Assembly (NCBI RefSeq): GCF_964204645.1
Contig: NC_134036.1
Span: 10,767,859-10,831,858 of the forward strand
Reading direction: 5' to 3'
DNA from: Tubulanus polymorphus
Lineage: Eukaryota > Animalia > Nemertea
DNA length: 64,000 bases
The notes below the pieces were generated by a model. The model searched no databases. It saw nothing but the letters and a program-made list of their open reading frames with translations, and was not told the origin of the DNA. Below, in pieces: positions 27,010-39,364 of this stretch (within the stretch, counting starts at the first letter, position 1; the number at the start of each line of letters is the position of its first letter). Both the position numbers and the translations under genes were made by a program.

Positions 27010-29790
27010 CTTTAATGACGGGACGGTGTCTCAAAAGCACATTTCCGCATAACAGGGATTATTCAGGCAATATCCATCTCACATATCTAGAAGCAGTACA
27101 TATTTATAGCAAGCATGTTATGTGCAAAAAGAATAAGATACAGATATCACGAGGGTGATGCAGCTAATTATATATCATCGGGGTAATATGACATGATACA
27201 GAACATACCGATGGCCACAGACAAGTTCCAGGCAAGCAGATTAGTAAAAAGTTGGATGATAAACATTGATAAAGGACACAATATCACAAGTGTAACCACA
27301 AAATCCAATACCGCAGTAAACGACAATGCAGAGTATGTAACCTGCAGAACTTATATACGGGGAATTAACACCAATAAAACATTTCCCGAACACTCCAAAT
27401 TACTCGATTCTCTCGACGTATCGGAGTGCGACACACGGACAACTACAGTCGACCTGGCCCAAGTCGGACGGCTTTAAATAGGAAAATCAGCAAAATCGGC
27501 CGAATCCAAGGACCCGATTTTTTCAGTTCATTTTCCTATCAAAATCTGTCTCATAGTTAGAAATTAGAATATATGTTCCGAAGGTTTCAAAGCAATGCAT
27601 TTTTCAATCTCTAAGTCAGTCGTCCAATTTCAGTTATTTCTAAACAAATCGAAACCGGCGCGCATCGTATTATACACCGGTAGATCGATTTTTCTTTTGA
27701 CGGACACACATGTTTGCAATTGTAGTCGGCTATATAATAGAATATTGACCCCGTGCACCCATTTGTTAGGGTTAGGGTCTTAGTATTAGTAGCTAACTCG
27801 GATTTTTCTTAGAAAACCCCAAAAACCCGACTTACTCATAATATAATCGGAATTTTTCTGAGTCGGACATTTGACCGTGGTCCTAGCGTGACCGACTAGC
27901 TACTTACTACTGTAACACATGTATATAAAGTGAACGCAATATTTTGGCGTTACACTTCGTGGCTCGAGTATACGATTGATGTACATGCTACTGGAATAAT
28001 ACGCGCAGTATCCAAAGGTATGAGATCTGTAGACATAATAAGACTGACTGGAACAGGTCGAGTTATAATGTATGTATCTAAGAACGGACCTATAACTCAT
28101 AAACATCAACAACAGATCGAAACGTTAGTCGAAATCGGGAAATAATTTGATATCGTCGACTCCCGGACAAACAGACAAGAGAAAAGTGAACGCACACAAG
28201 CCAAATGCAGAGTAGGTGTACCAGGGATCTTAAGAAAATCGTCATGAAGCCGATGTTTTTCTTTCATCTACCCATTTTTTCGTTTATGTACGTCACCGTT
28301 GGCAACAAAAGACAATCTAAAACATCGACGTTAGGCTAAAAAAAAATTGATACCTTGTTTCTCCGCTCTGCTGAGCTTAAATGTTGACCCGGTCGGCCGC
28401 CTATCTACCCTATACATTACTTTTTTTTAAAATCGTGATCAATTTTACCATAACAGACCCGGACGCTATAGAAATGAACTGTTTATAAATTTTATCATAT
28501 TTTACAAAAATGACCCTGCCGCTGCGGAGAAACAAGGTATCATTTTTATCCAGCCTTATCATGCAGCATAAGACACAGATCAACATCGGCTTTAGCTAGT
28601 GGAATTTTAATTCACTTTCTTAGCCCGCTGCAACCTTGAATTTTACCACATTTCAACGATGACTTTGTGAATTTAGTCGTATGCCAGCTTAATTGAAGTT
28701 ATACTGAATATCCGAAAAGGTGCTATCAAAATGCAATCAGTATTTTTTCTACCTTTTTTTCTATGTGCTAGCAATGTTGTTAGATTTTTCAAGGCCAAGT
28801 CTGACAAAAATCCAATTTCCGGAAAAGACCCAAATATCAGTTTATTAACATATATTCATTGCTTTATGTTTTTAACAGATGTCATCTAAGAACTGAACTA
28901 TAAATTCGGTGTAGTATGTGAGGTACAGGATATACAATTAGGCCAAATTATTTTATTTTTACCAACAACAGTAGGTGATATTAAAAACAAAAACACATGA
29001 ACGGTTTAGGACGCTTTTACGGTCCAGCATCGCCTGCTGCTTGAGGAGCGAGAAACATTCAATGTATCCATCAATCGATACATTATGCCTACACTTAACC
29101 TGATCTCATAACTAGATATATGTAAACATTGTGGAAGTAATCCGTCGGCAATTTCAGTTGACATAAAGTAGAATAGAAGAACGTTTCTATAATTGATAAA
29201 GAATTAATGCATGTAAGTTTTCTTATTAACCCTTTTACCCGATGAAGCATCAGTGAAGCCCCTTACACACTACGTTATTTTCGCAGCGAATTTATTCGCA
29301 CAGCGTGTTTCGCTAGAATGCGCGAGTGTCTGCGTAACACTAGCTACATATATTTGCTCACCGTTCGTTTAGGGACCTACCTTTTGGTTGAGAAGTCGTG
29401 CGTCTAATCCCGCTCGCATCGACCGGTCTGATACAGTACACGGCCCAATGAGTGATTCAGCGACGCTAGAACAATTATTATAAAGCCAACTTAAACATCG
29501 ATGTTTGTTCCTAGCTTATATACCAAAAATCGACTCTTAACGCACTGGTGATCACTGAACAATGGTTTTGTGGAGAAAAAAATCGATCGACCGGAAGTAC
29601 GGCCTCGAAAATTTAGGGAGACCCGGAAGAAATTATTTCCAGAATTTGGCGGAAAAAATGTTCGTTCATATAGGCACCAATATGCGCGAGACGGCTGCGC
29701 GCGGTTGAATCAGTCAGACCGATACACACGCCACTTTTTGGCCGAGACAGTAACTACTCGAAGTAATTTAGAGCGATCGACACGTTACCT
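27010..29790 (-). pseudogene. Duplicated segment copy 2, with extra insertions
   Basis: Shared blocks with 20575-22280, e.g. ACCGCAGTAAACGACAAT, TATACGGGGAATTAACACCAATAAA, AAAAGACCCAAATATCAGTTT, GTACGGCCTCGAAAATT. Confidence 0.55.
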
Positions 29791-32782
29791 GCGTTTAGGC
29801 GATTATTTCGCTGCGTTTAGGCAATAAATTTAGTTCAGCGTTCTCACTATAAGAATAGCCGTTTGCCGTCGTATGTGTCTAACACCCTAAATTTAACAAT
29901 CTAATTTCTACATGAATCACCTACATTCGGCTGTTAGTGCTACTTCAGACCAGTAGAAAACTTCGTAATCAACAGTAACGGTTTCAAGAAAATTATTGTG
30001 TAAACTTGGGATGATTCGTATCCGTGGATGATTGTTAAATTATTGATTGTATACACTATAATCTAGAGTACCATAAAACTCAATGGAATATCGTTTTTCA
30101 ATCTTCCGTACACAGATTATCCTTATATGAAAATAAAAAGTACTTCAATGTACTACTTCAAATTATACTGTATATTTATTAAGTAGTATAAAAATAGTGG
30201 ATCAGCAGGCCACCTGAGACCAATCTACGACCTAAGGTCAGTTGCCTAAAGTTGTTTGGAATTCACCAGTGGATTGTTGATATTTGTAATTGCAATTAAA
30301 ACTTCATTGCTAAAATAACTTTTTATTTGTAGTATAGTCGCACTCAAATGTAGATAATTGACAAAACAATTAAACCCGCTGCGTATAAATTTAGAAAGAT
30401 GACCTCTAGTGTGAGATCGAACGTCGTGTCGTAATTTTCAAATGATAAGTCATGGTTCGAAATTTGAAATGTGCGCGTAGTGGGTCTTATTTATATTAAA
30501 CGTGTATTTGGTCATGTATCATATTGTTTAATGCTTAATCATTCATGTAATACAGGATGCAATATTTCACTGAAAACAGTGGAAATAGCTAGAAAAGGTA
30601 ACAATGTGCTTGCTTATGTACTAATAATAAGTGCATTGGTAAACGCAAAGCACACAGACATTGGTTGCTTAGGTTTTTCGAAGGGGAGACTTTTTGGGAA
30701 AATTAATGGTCAATCAGAATATTAATGGTCAATCATTATCGAGATATCTAAAGGGAAGCTTCTTCGGGGATCTTAAATGTTGGACTTGTACACAAGGAAT
30801 CTTTTTTTTTTATTTGTAGTCCAATGTATAAATCCGTTATTACCTCTGGCGTGTAGATACAATACAAAAACATGAAACGAAATTCTTAATATTGACTTTC
30901 CTAAATTTACATGAGTGTATGTTTAATCAGCATCAAAATTAAGCATTGGTACTCTAGATTAGATATTGTAAGCAGAATAAATTAAAAATAGTGAAACTAT
31001 TGGATTGAATTCAAATCATGAACGAAGACTGAGGTTTTACAGACAATTAGATCGAAAATAAGTGATAGATAATGAAAGTTGAAAGAATCTTCTCCACTTG
31101 CTATAATAAGCTTTTATTCACAGATGTATATTCGCTCTGGCTGTTCTCTTTCCAGTCTCGTTGTTTCTTTGCTACTTTTAATGTTTCCCGGTGTCTCATT
31201 TTAAATCATTTTACTCTTTAAAAGAAGGCTGGAGGAATGTTGTATCGTGTGTCGAAATCAGACGCCGGTATTGGGGATTATTAGGTCTTGCTTGCACGCG
31301 CGTTGCAGGTGGATATAAAGACCACCCGCTTACGGCAGAGTGGGTACGTGTATCTTGGCATAACCGTGTTCAACAATTTGTATTTTTGATTCGGACCAGA
31401 TTATCTGGACAATGTACGCCACGTATTTGCCGCGGGATGTTGAATTTCTCTGCACACCGGACACGCGATCGGTTTTCATGTTGAATCGTTGCGGCGTTTC
31501 TTCGTCTTCTGGTCGTGAACGATTGTCATTATTTCGTCCGATATTTGAACAGAAAAACGAACAACGAATACAGATAACCAGTGGAGATTATCATTCAAGA
31601 ATGGAATTATAAGTTCGTGGAATCAGTTGAAAAGCTAACTTGAAAGCAGTCCAGGTCTGACCGAGGCAACAATAATGTAACTACATAATATTTGCAGTAA
31701 TTGCTGATCCGAACTCAAACGGTTGATTTACGCAGTGTTTGGTTGTTATTGACCGCATCTTATGATCATGGCTAACATCAATTTGTTCGTGTAGTAACGA
31801 CGGGTATAGTTTATCCTTTGAATCGGTTCCACTTATTTAACAAAACTTTGTTTGAAATAAGTTACATTATATATTGGAACAGTTTAGGTCACTTTTTTAA
31901 GTATTAGAATATTATACGGTATGTGATATCCCGTACTGCAAGAGAGGTCTCAGTAACTTGGATAACACGTGCCCTTGGTAACTGGTTCTTTCGTTGGTGT
32001 TCAAACACCGGCCCATCGCCAATTGAAGAAATTGAAATTACCCGTTGAGGCCACAGGTAGCAACATTGTAGCAAGATATATATGCAGTATCAGTGAGAAT
32101 ATATTTCTTAACTACTGGAACATTTGTTGTATATGTTAAGTCGTTGACGCAGATGTTGTGATTTGTTTTCGGAGTGTAACACGGTCCCGTATTTGTTTCA
32201 ACTGACGAATAGCCGTTGGATATTTCAAACAGATAGCTATGTGCACAAATCACTAAGATAAGCACAGAAATCTCGTTTAGCATATTATCTTATATCTTAT
32301 CCCACTAAAAAATTAAAATCCCTTTGATATTCTCAGAAATGTATGCTTATTTGAATGTGAAAAAAGTCCGACCCAGTGTTTTATGGTAATACCAAGCGAG
32401 TAGCGCACTGAAATAATTTCTCCATAATGTAAAATATTGTACCAATTGGTGTTACTATTTTTGTAGCATTTATTGTAAATCTATGTATTATTCATATTTT
32501 TGATTCATGAGATTTTATAATAACAAATTTTATAAAATATTAATTTGACGCGATTTGATTAATTTTTCTGAGGATTGGTATAACTAAAAATAAATAACCT
32601 ATAATCGTTCCCCAAAGAACCCGGTCTAGAACCATCTGATGATATTGAAAAGGTTTCTTACGTAAATATTTTAAAGGAAATGGTTCCTCAAAGAACCTTT
32701 ACCGGGGATTCTTTCAAAGCACCCCACAAAATAGGTTTTTTGAGGTACATACCCTAAAGGGTGGAACCCTTCGTTCTAAGAG

Positions 32783-32854
32783 AGTAATTGGAATATGTGG
32801 GTTTCATACCAGAGGGCGAGAGGGCGAGACACCACTCATCACCACAAGTAATTT
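32783..32854 (+). repeat. Left TIR
   Basis: Exact reverse complement of 49462-49533. Confidence 0.95.
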
Positions 32855-32867
32855 GTTTTCCTTATAA

Positions 32868-33131
32868 ATGGGAGACAGTGAGTTCCAAACAGAAAAAAGT
32901 GATGTTAATGAAAATCAATATTATTGTCCATATTGTAAAAAATACATCGATAAACCTTACATGGAAAATGTTAGAAATTATATTGATTCACTAGAAATAA
33001 AAGATACAATTGAAATTTCAGAAATATGCCGTAGTAAAATTGTGACACACATAAACAGTGAGAACTGTATCTGGATAAATAGATGCTTGTTATATACAAG
33101 GGGAAGTAATCCCACTCATCACCACAAGTAA
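32868..33131 (+). pseudogene. Internally deleted duplicate of the pPolB N-terminus
   Basis: NQYYCPYCKKYID is fused to KPYMENVRNYIDSLEIKDTIEI; both blocks occur about 100 aa apart in ORF 47334-49418. Confidence 0.85.
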
Positions 33132-33147
33132 TTTGTTTTCCTTATAA

Positions 33148-33474
33148 ATGGGAGATAGAAAAGCATTCTTAGCAACAATAAATAACAGAATAAAACCAGC
33201 AAAAAAACAATTTGAAATAAAAAAGTTAGTTGATGTTACAAAAGAAATTGAACATAAAATATTGAAATTAGAAAAGATAAAAACTAAATATGGAGAGAAA
33301 GTATCAGCTAATTTAAGCTACTGTAATGTTAGTACATCACGAGAATTTAAAGTGTTTTTACCCGATAAATGGGTTTCATTGAGTACTGAGGAATTGAAAG
33401 ATTTAGTAGGATTTAAAATAATCTATCATGGGAAAAATGAAGATGGCCATCTTGATTTAGAAATTATTGATTAA
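33148..33474 (+). CDS. Small conserved Polinton protein, possibly OB-fold ssDNA-binding
   Basis: KKL..KTKYG..VFLPDKW..IYHGK pattern; homologue in the second element at about 62000-62340. Confidence 0.55.
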   Translation: MGDRKAFLATINNRIKPAKKQFEIKKLVDVTKEIEHKILKLEKIKTKYGEKVSANLSYCNVSTSREFKVFLPDKWVSLSTEELKDLVGFKIIYHGKNEDGHLDLEIID

Positions 33475-33668
33475 ATTAAAAAAAAATAAATTAATAAAAA
33501 TAATGAATATCTAGAATCCGAAATGACTTATCTGAACAATTTAATTGCTCCGCATAGATGGTGCCATAAACGGCACCCACACAGTGATAGACAAAAGTAG
33601 TGAGATGGTGCCGTACGGCACCCACACGGTGATATTCAATTATTTTTTTTTGCTTTTTTTCTAAAATA

Positions 33669-34037
33669 TTAATCCTTTTTTTTTATTATCAATTTTGGAA
33701 TTTCAGAAGTATTTTCATTTTTGATAGCAGTTGTTTCAGAATTACTAATATCATGAATTTTATTTGATTTCTTATACCAATTACACCCAATCAAAATGAA
33801 TACAATTACAAATCCAACTGTAAAATATAAATATTTATCAAATATTCTGTTATCAGAAGGAGTAGAAATAACAATATTTTCACCATTTTTATTAACATTT
33901 TTATTACTTATTTTTTCTTTTACAGCTTTTTTATATTCTTGTGATTTAATTCCTAATTGTCGAGACCATTCAATTTGTTTCTGAGTTCTCGGTTTTTTCT
34001 TCACAGTTAATTCCTTCACTTCTTTCACCTCGCTCAT
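33669..34037 (-). CDS. Small basic protein with one transmembrane segment
   Basis: 122-aa ORF, TAAATG start, hydrophobic YLYFTVGFVIVFILIG. Confidence 0.65.
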   Translation of the reverse strand: MSEVKEVKELTVKKKPRTQKQIEWSRQLGIKSQEYKKAVKEKISNKNVNKNGENIVISTPSDNRIFDKYLYFTVGFVIVFILIGCNWYKKSNKIHDISNSETTAIKNENTSEIPKLIIKKKD

Positions 34038-34575
34038 TTATTATAGAAATATTTTTACTTTCAATATTTGAAAATGTTATAACCCCAGTTGATAATAATG
34101 TCATAAATCCACCTAATTGAAATGATAAATATCCAATACATTTATTTAATTCAGTCATAACTAAATAATCATTTTTTAAATCGGAATATAATTTATTTTC
34201 ATTTTCAATTGGTAGTATATAATTACATAATTTACTTTAACCTTTTACTACATTTTCTGATATCGCGTCATTAATTCTAGCTGTTCTCGCGGCTTCATAA
34301 ATTTTAAATAATCTAATAATTTCATCTGATTTCATTGTATCTAATTCATTATAAGTTAAATTTTTACCGACAAAATTTTTACATTTTCCAGATGCTATTA
34401 ATATTTCTAATTGATGTTTACAATAAAGATAATATTCATAATTATTATTTGTTGTAACATTATTTAAAGCACCATCATCTGGAGTTAATTTTGTTTCTGT
34501 TATTCCTAAATCATCTAAAGTTTTTTCAATTGGAACATCACCATTTTTAGATTTTATTTTCTTTTCACCTACCAT
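33970..34575 (-). pseudogene. Polinton-like hypothetical gene interrupted by an in-frame TAA at 34237-34239
   Basis: ORFs 34237-34575 and 33970-34158 share a frame and read through VVKG*SKLCNYILPIENE. Confidence 0.65.
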
Positions 34576-34607
34576 TTATATAACAAAAAAATTAGTTGTG
34601 ATGTTGC

Positions 34608-34845
34608 AACTAGAATTTAACTAGAATTTAACTAGAATTCAACTAGATTAACAAGCTAGTTGAAATATTGTTGTTTTTATTTATTTATTGTTAAATCTAG
34701 TTGATTTTTGTTTCAACTACTAACAACTAGAATTCAACTAGAATTAAAATAGATTAACAAGCTAGTTAAAATATTGTTAAATCTATTTGATTTTTGTTAC
34801 AACTACCAATAACTAGAATTCAATTAGATTAACAAGCTAATTGAA
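34608..34845. repeat. Internal non-coding array of AACTAGA / CTAGTT motifs in both orientations
   Basis: About three larger units of AACTAGAATTCAACTAGATTAACAAGCTAGTT. Confidence 0.8.
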
Positions 34846-34846
34846 T

Positions 34847-35455
34847 TTAAATAAATTCATATTTAAATGGGTGTTGTAATCTAAATAGTAATTTTGATCT
34901 TTTAATATTTTTCAACTCATCCATATATTCATTATGTAAATCATGTGGAATAATATCATTTTCCTCAAGTGCATTTTTCATCGATTTTCTATCTTTATTG
35001 TAGAATAAAACTAGAAATCTAATGTTTTCTCTAAAGTCTTTAACAATTGAATTATATTTCTGATTTAAAACCCAAGTTGTTATCCCAAAATGTCTACCAG
35101 AGAAAGCTAAATAACATAACTCACTTTCTCTAATTTTAGAATCATGTAAATTTGCACAATCATCTATGATAAATAATGTATTTGATCCTTTATAAATATC
35201 AATTGCTATTTTTATACAATTATCTAAATTTTCTTTTACTGTTTTAGGATCTAATATAATAAATTTATTATTTCTAGTAATATTTCTATCATAAGTTTGA
35301 TTAAATTCATATGTTGGACAAAATAATACTATATTATCAAAATAGTTTTTGTAAATAGTTTCTAATAAATTTAATATAAAATAAGTTTTTCCACAATTTG
35401 TTACACCAGAAATTAACATATTATGAGGCTCAAATATAAATAATTCCTTATTCAT
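34847..35455 (-). CDS. Genome-packaging ATPase (A32/FtsK-like)
   Basis: Walker A SGVTNCGKT, Walker B LFIIDD, SGRHFGIT..LNQ. Confidence 0.92.
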   Translation of the reverse strand: MNKELFIFEPHNMLISGVTNCGKTYFILNLLETIYKNYFDNIVLFCPTYEFNQTYDRNITRNNKFIILDPKTVKENLDNCIKIAIDIYKGSNTLFIIDDCANLHDSKIRESELCYLAFSGRHFGITTWVLNQKYNSIVKDFRENIRFLVLFYNKDRKSMKNALEENDIIPHDLHNEYMDELKNIKRSKLLFRLQHPFKYEFI

Positions 35456-36583
35456 TTATATATTTTTAATTTTACTTGATAATATCCATTCATTGAATTT
35501 ATCTGGCCATCCAACCCATTTTACTAAAGAATATTTTTTTCTTTTAATAGTTTTTGTTTTTAATACTTTTTCAATTTTATATTCTTGTTCTAGATTTTCA
35601 GTAGTTAAACTTAATTCTTCTTCGTAAAAGTAACCATCAACTTCTTCACCATCTAAATCTTCTAATTTATAGACATATGGTTTTGTTGTTATTACCTTTT
35701 TTATTTTATATATTTCTCTAGTAAAATTTCGATCGTATCCTTTATCAAATATCTTTTTATACTTAGAAATTCTAACATTTTGACCAACTTTAAATTTAGG
35801 TTCACCAAAATCATCTACAAGAAATGCTCCATATAAATTATTCCAAACAATTTCAGCATTTTCAGGTTTTCTAGCATCAATAGGTTTCATTCCAATAGAA
35901 GAATGATAAGAATTATTATATCCTTCTATCAATTTTGGTAAAACATCAATCCATTTAAAAGTATTATTTGCTGTAAAATATTTCCACATTCTTGTTCTTA
36001 ATGTTCTATTAAATCGTTCAACAACTGCTGCTTTTTTATCTGATTTTGTTGAAAAATATTTAATATTATGATTATCTAAGAGTTCATGAACAAGTGAATT
36101 ATCAAATTCTTTTCCATCATCAAATTGTATTTTTTCTGGTTTTAGTTTATCATCCGAAAGAAATTTTCTTAAAACATTTGATGTTTGTACAGCATCTTTT
36201 CTATAAAGTGGGAAGCTCCATACATAACGACTAAAAATATCAATTATATTCAATAACCACCAATAATCATCATTATCTTTCTTAACATTTTTCATATCAA
36301 TTAAATCTCCTTGCCACTGTTGATCTACATAACTTACCATAGTTTTACGAGTTTTATATTTTCTAACAATTTTTTTATGTGTTGTATATGTTGGTTGTTC
36401 TAACATAAATTCATTTATATCTTTATATTTAACTAAATTTTGTGGGATTATCTTATCTAATTTATCTTGTTTTACTTTACGCCATATATTTTTAGTAGAA
36501 GAATAAGCAACCGAACTCTCAGGGTTGTAATATAAATTTCTTAAATATTGTTCTTTAGTATTAGGAGTTTTTTTACCACTCAT
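35456..36583 (-). CDS. Retroviral-like (rve) integrase with C-terminal chromodomain
   Basis: QWQGDLIDM, IDIFSRY, QFDDGKEF, VVERFNRTL; YKIEKVL...LVKWVGWPDKFNEWI. Confidence 0.96.
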   Translation of the reverse strand: MSGKKTPNTKEQYLRNLYYNPESSVAYSSTKNIWRKVKQDKLDKIIPQNLVKYKDINEFMLEQPTYTTHKKIVRKYKTRKTMVSYVDQQWQGDLIDMKNVKKDNDDYWWLLNIIDIFSRYVWSFPLYRKDAVQTSNVLRKFLSDDKLKPEKIQFDDGKEFDNSLVHELLDNHNIKYFSTKSDKKAAVVERFNRTLRTRMWKYFTANNTFKWIDVLPKLIEGYNNSYHSSIGMKPIDARKPENAEIVWNNLYGAFLVDDFGEPKFKVGQNVRISKYKKIFDKGYDRNFTREIYKIKKVITTKPYVYKLEDLDGEEVDGYFYEEELSLTTENLEQEYKIEKVLKTKTIKRKKYSLVKWVGWPDKFNEWILSSKIKNI

Positions 36584-36613
36584 TTATATATCCTTAATTT
36601 TAACTTTATATTT

Positions 36614-37861
36614 CTAATATTGAATACTATTTAATTGTGAATTTACAATATTTAATTGCGCGTCAGATATAATATAAATCTGCATTTTAAAATTTTTGAT
36701 TCCTTTATTCTTTTTCATGAATAATTGTATTCCATCTTTAGTGTTTTGTAGTTTTTTTCCAGAACCATGTAATGAATTATCTTCAGTTGTTCTAAAATCT
36801 AACCATAATGCATATTTATTACCGGTATAATAATCAATTTGATTAATATTACAATTTTCAAATGATTTTACTTTTTCATTCATAAAATGTTTTCTAATTT
36901 CTGGCCATTGATCAATCATTCTCATTCCTTGACAAAATATTTTATTCGCTATTCCTTCGATAGTTATTTCTACTTTTGTTATTTCAGGATTATAATAATT
37001 ATCAACATTTATTGCACCATTAGAATATGTTGCAATAGTAAAAAATATTAATATACCTTTAATAGATCTTCTTGGGAAGTTAATATTCTCATTAATAATT
37101 TCATCATTTGCATTAATAGTTACAGTTTTAAATTTATCAATATAATCATATAATAATGAAAATCCTTGATTGTATTGAGTTTGAATTGTGCTAGCAATAT
37201 TTTCATTAGTTACTGTGTTATATTCTAAACATATATTCGATAATTTATAACCCATATCTTTAACAACGCTAGATAATACAATTTCATTTACAGGAGCAAA
37301 TGTTATCTCAAATATAATATCTTCTTGAATTGCGTATTTATATAAAGGTGCATTATTATTTATCAATTCAAAGTCTAATGGAATTTTATATTTGCTTCCA
37401 TATATACTTTTAATCAAATTATCTACACCATTATTTACTACTGCGTTATTGGCTTCAGATCTTAATTTATTTTGGTTTTCTGATTGAATACCCTGAAATA
37501 TCATATTATTTCTATTTTCTTTAGTTAACCATAAATCTTTATAATGTGAAAATAAATTATAATCATCTAATGAGAAAACTGTTTCTGGACCAATCTTTAT
37601 TGTTAACTTTTTAATCAAATATCTTCCAACATTATCAACAACATAATTATTATTATTACCGATTACTTTTATATCAGCTGATAAATAAATACTATTTGGA
37701 ACATAAAAAGTATTTTGTGTTAATCGAGGAATCCTCACGTATAAAGTTTCATCGGGATTAATATTTGAAGGGTTATGAGTAATTATATGATGTGATCTTT
37801 CTGCTTTAATAGCATTAGATATTCTATGATTCTTCGAAGGACTTATATAACTCCCACTCAT
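36614..37861 (-). CDS. Major capsid protein (double jelly-roll, adintovirus-type)
   Basis: 415 aa, beta-rich; THNPSNINP, NICLEY, RSIKGIL, YALWLDFRT..D..LHGSG and YIISDAQLNI motifs typical of this capsid family. Confidence 0.85.
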   Translation of the reverse strand: MSGSYISPSKNHRISNAIKAERSHHIITHNPSNINPDETLYVRIPRLTQNTFYVPNSIYLSADIKVIGNNNNYVVDNVGRYLIKKLTIKIGPETVFSLDDYNLFSHYKDLWLTKENRNNMIFQGIQSENQNKLRSEANNAVVNNGVDNLIKSIYGSKYKIPLDFELINNNAPLYKYAIQEDIIFEITFAPVNEIVLSSVVKDMGYKLSNICLEYNTVTNENIASTIQTQYNQGFSLLYDYIDKFKTVTINANDEIINENINFPRRSIKGILIFFTIATYSNGAINVDNYYNPEITKVEITIEGIANKIFCQGMRMIDQWPEIRKHFMNEKVKSFENCNINQIDYYTGNKYALWLDFRTTEDNSLHGSGKKLQNTKDGIQLFMKKNKGIKNFKMQIYIISDAQLNIVNSQLNSIQY

Positions 37862-37905
37862 TTATTTAACAAAAAAATTAATTATTTATTTTTTGATATC
37901 ATGGT

Positions 37906-39348
37906 TTACTTGATATTTTTTGATATCATGTTTACTAAACCAAAAATAATAGCACTTACAACTGTAATTAAAAATAAAATAATATGTTCAGCAGCAAAGT
38001 TAAGAATGTTTCCTGCAGATTTCAATATAAAACCAACAATTGATGCAATAACTCCTGGTAATGCTGCAGCAGATTTCTTTGACAGTTCCCATAAATATTT
38101 TGCTAATTTCATTAAACCATCCTTAACTTTATCTTGTATAGAATTATTGCCTGGAGGTTTATCTGGTTTATTGGGAGTGGGAGTAGGAGTAGATTTCAAA
38201 GCATTTGATATTGCTAAACCAATTGTTGTAAATAACATAGTTACAGCTGTTAGAATTGAAAGAATTGTTATTCCTTCTAATTTAAATAATAACTTCATCC
38301 TGTCTTTTAATGATATTTCAGAATTTGGTTTAATCAACAAATCTTTAAAAATAATATTTAATCTATTAATATTATAATCATTTGATTTTAATAATAATTT
38401 AATTTCTTCTTTCTGTACTTCTAAATTATCTTTTAAATTACTAATTTCTTTTTCTAAAAGTAATTCTTTTTGCCTATATTCTATTTCATCAATTACTTGA
38501 TGATCTAAATCAGACTTTAATTGTTCTATTTCTTTATTTTTATCAGTTAATTCTTTTTCCAAATACATAATTTTTTGATCTCTTATACTTTTATTATGTG
38601 CAATTTTATCAGATGCAAGTCTTATACTAATAATTTCTCTAATTGCTTTATCAGAAAATATATCTAAATCTTCTAATTCTTGATCTGTTGCATCAAATAA
38701 TCCATTCGGTAAAAGTTTTTCAATTGGAACTTTATTTGATCTAAATTTACTATTTTTGGAAGTTATATTCTGTTCAGAAGTTGTTTCTGTTTCTGATTTC
38801 TTTTTGATTATTTCAAATAATTCATTAATTCTTTGTTTAAATACATCTATATTATCATCTATTTCTTTTTGTGTAACATCAGTTATTTCATTACTATTAC
38901 TTATTATTTTAATTCTATCTGGTTTTAATTTTTCTAAAGTTGATTCTAATAATATTTTATTTTTATTATTTTTATAAGTGATATAAATATAATAATCACC
39001 TTTCAAACGATAATAACATTTACCATTATTTAAAAATTTCAATTGATCTGCTAAAAGTCCAACGTCTTCATCATTTATGTTAAAATTAGATTTTTCAATT
39101 AAATCTTCTAATTTAGGTATTTTGTTTAAATTATCTAAATCTTGTTTTACTAAATTTGGGTCTAAATTTTCAGGATTTAATTGTGATTCAGCATTTTTAA
39201 TATAATCAGGCATATTTAAATTATTATTATATTCTGGTTCATTACCATCATTAAAACTTGTTTCATCAAAATCAGGTGGTTGTTCATCAGTTATGTTAGG
39301 TTCATCAAAAGGATCCATTCCAATATCTTCTCCACCTTCTACATCCAT
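37906..39348 (-). CDS. Coiled-coil protein with C-terminal hydrophobic helices (putative membrane-active virion protein)
   Basis: Acidic N-terminus, heptad region, EGITILSILTA and KSAAALPGVIASIVGFILK segments, C-terminal TM. Confidence 0.7.
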   Translation of the reverse strand: MDVEGGEDIGMDPFDEPNITDEQPPDFDETSFNDGNEPEYNNNLNMPDYIKNAESQLNPENLDPNLVKQDLDNLNKIPKLEDLIEKSNFNINDEDVGLLADQLKFLNNGKCYYRLKGDYYIYITYKNNKNKILLESTLEKLKPDRIKIISNSNEITDVTQKEIDDNIDVFKQRINELFEIIKKKSETETTSEQNITSKNSKFRSNKVPIEKLLPNGLFDATDQELEDLDIFSDKAIREIISIRLASDKIAHNKSIRDQKIMYLEKELTDKNKEIEQLKSDLDHQVIDEIEYRQKELLLEKEISNLKDNLEVQKEEIKLLLKSNDYNINRLNIIFKDLLIKPNSEISLKDRMKLLFKLEGITILSILTAVTMLFTTIGLAISNALKSTPTPTPNKPDKPPGNNSIQDKVKDGLMKLAKYLWELSKKSAAALPGVIASIVGFILKSAGNILNFAAEHIILFLITVVSAIIFGLVNMISKNIK

Positions 39349-39364
39349 TTACATAATGAAAAAA

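Noticed and set aside
32038-32283. Signal-peptide-like 81-aa ORF beside the element
   Set aside because: Outside the TSD, no recognisable family, and no supported further exons.
37826-38377. 183-aa plus-strand ORF
   Set aside because: Antisense shadow of the membrane-protein gene.
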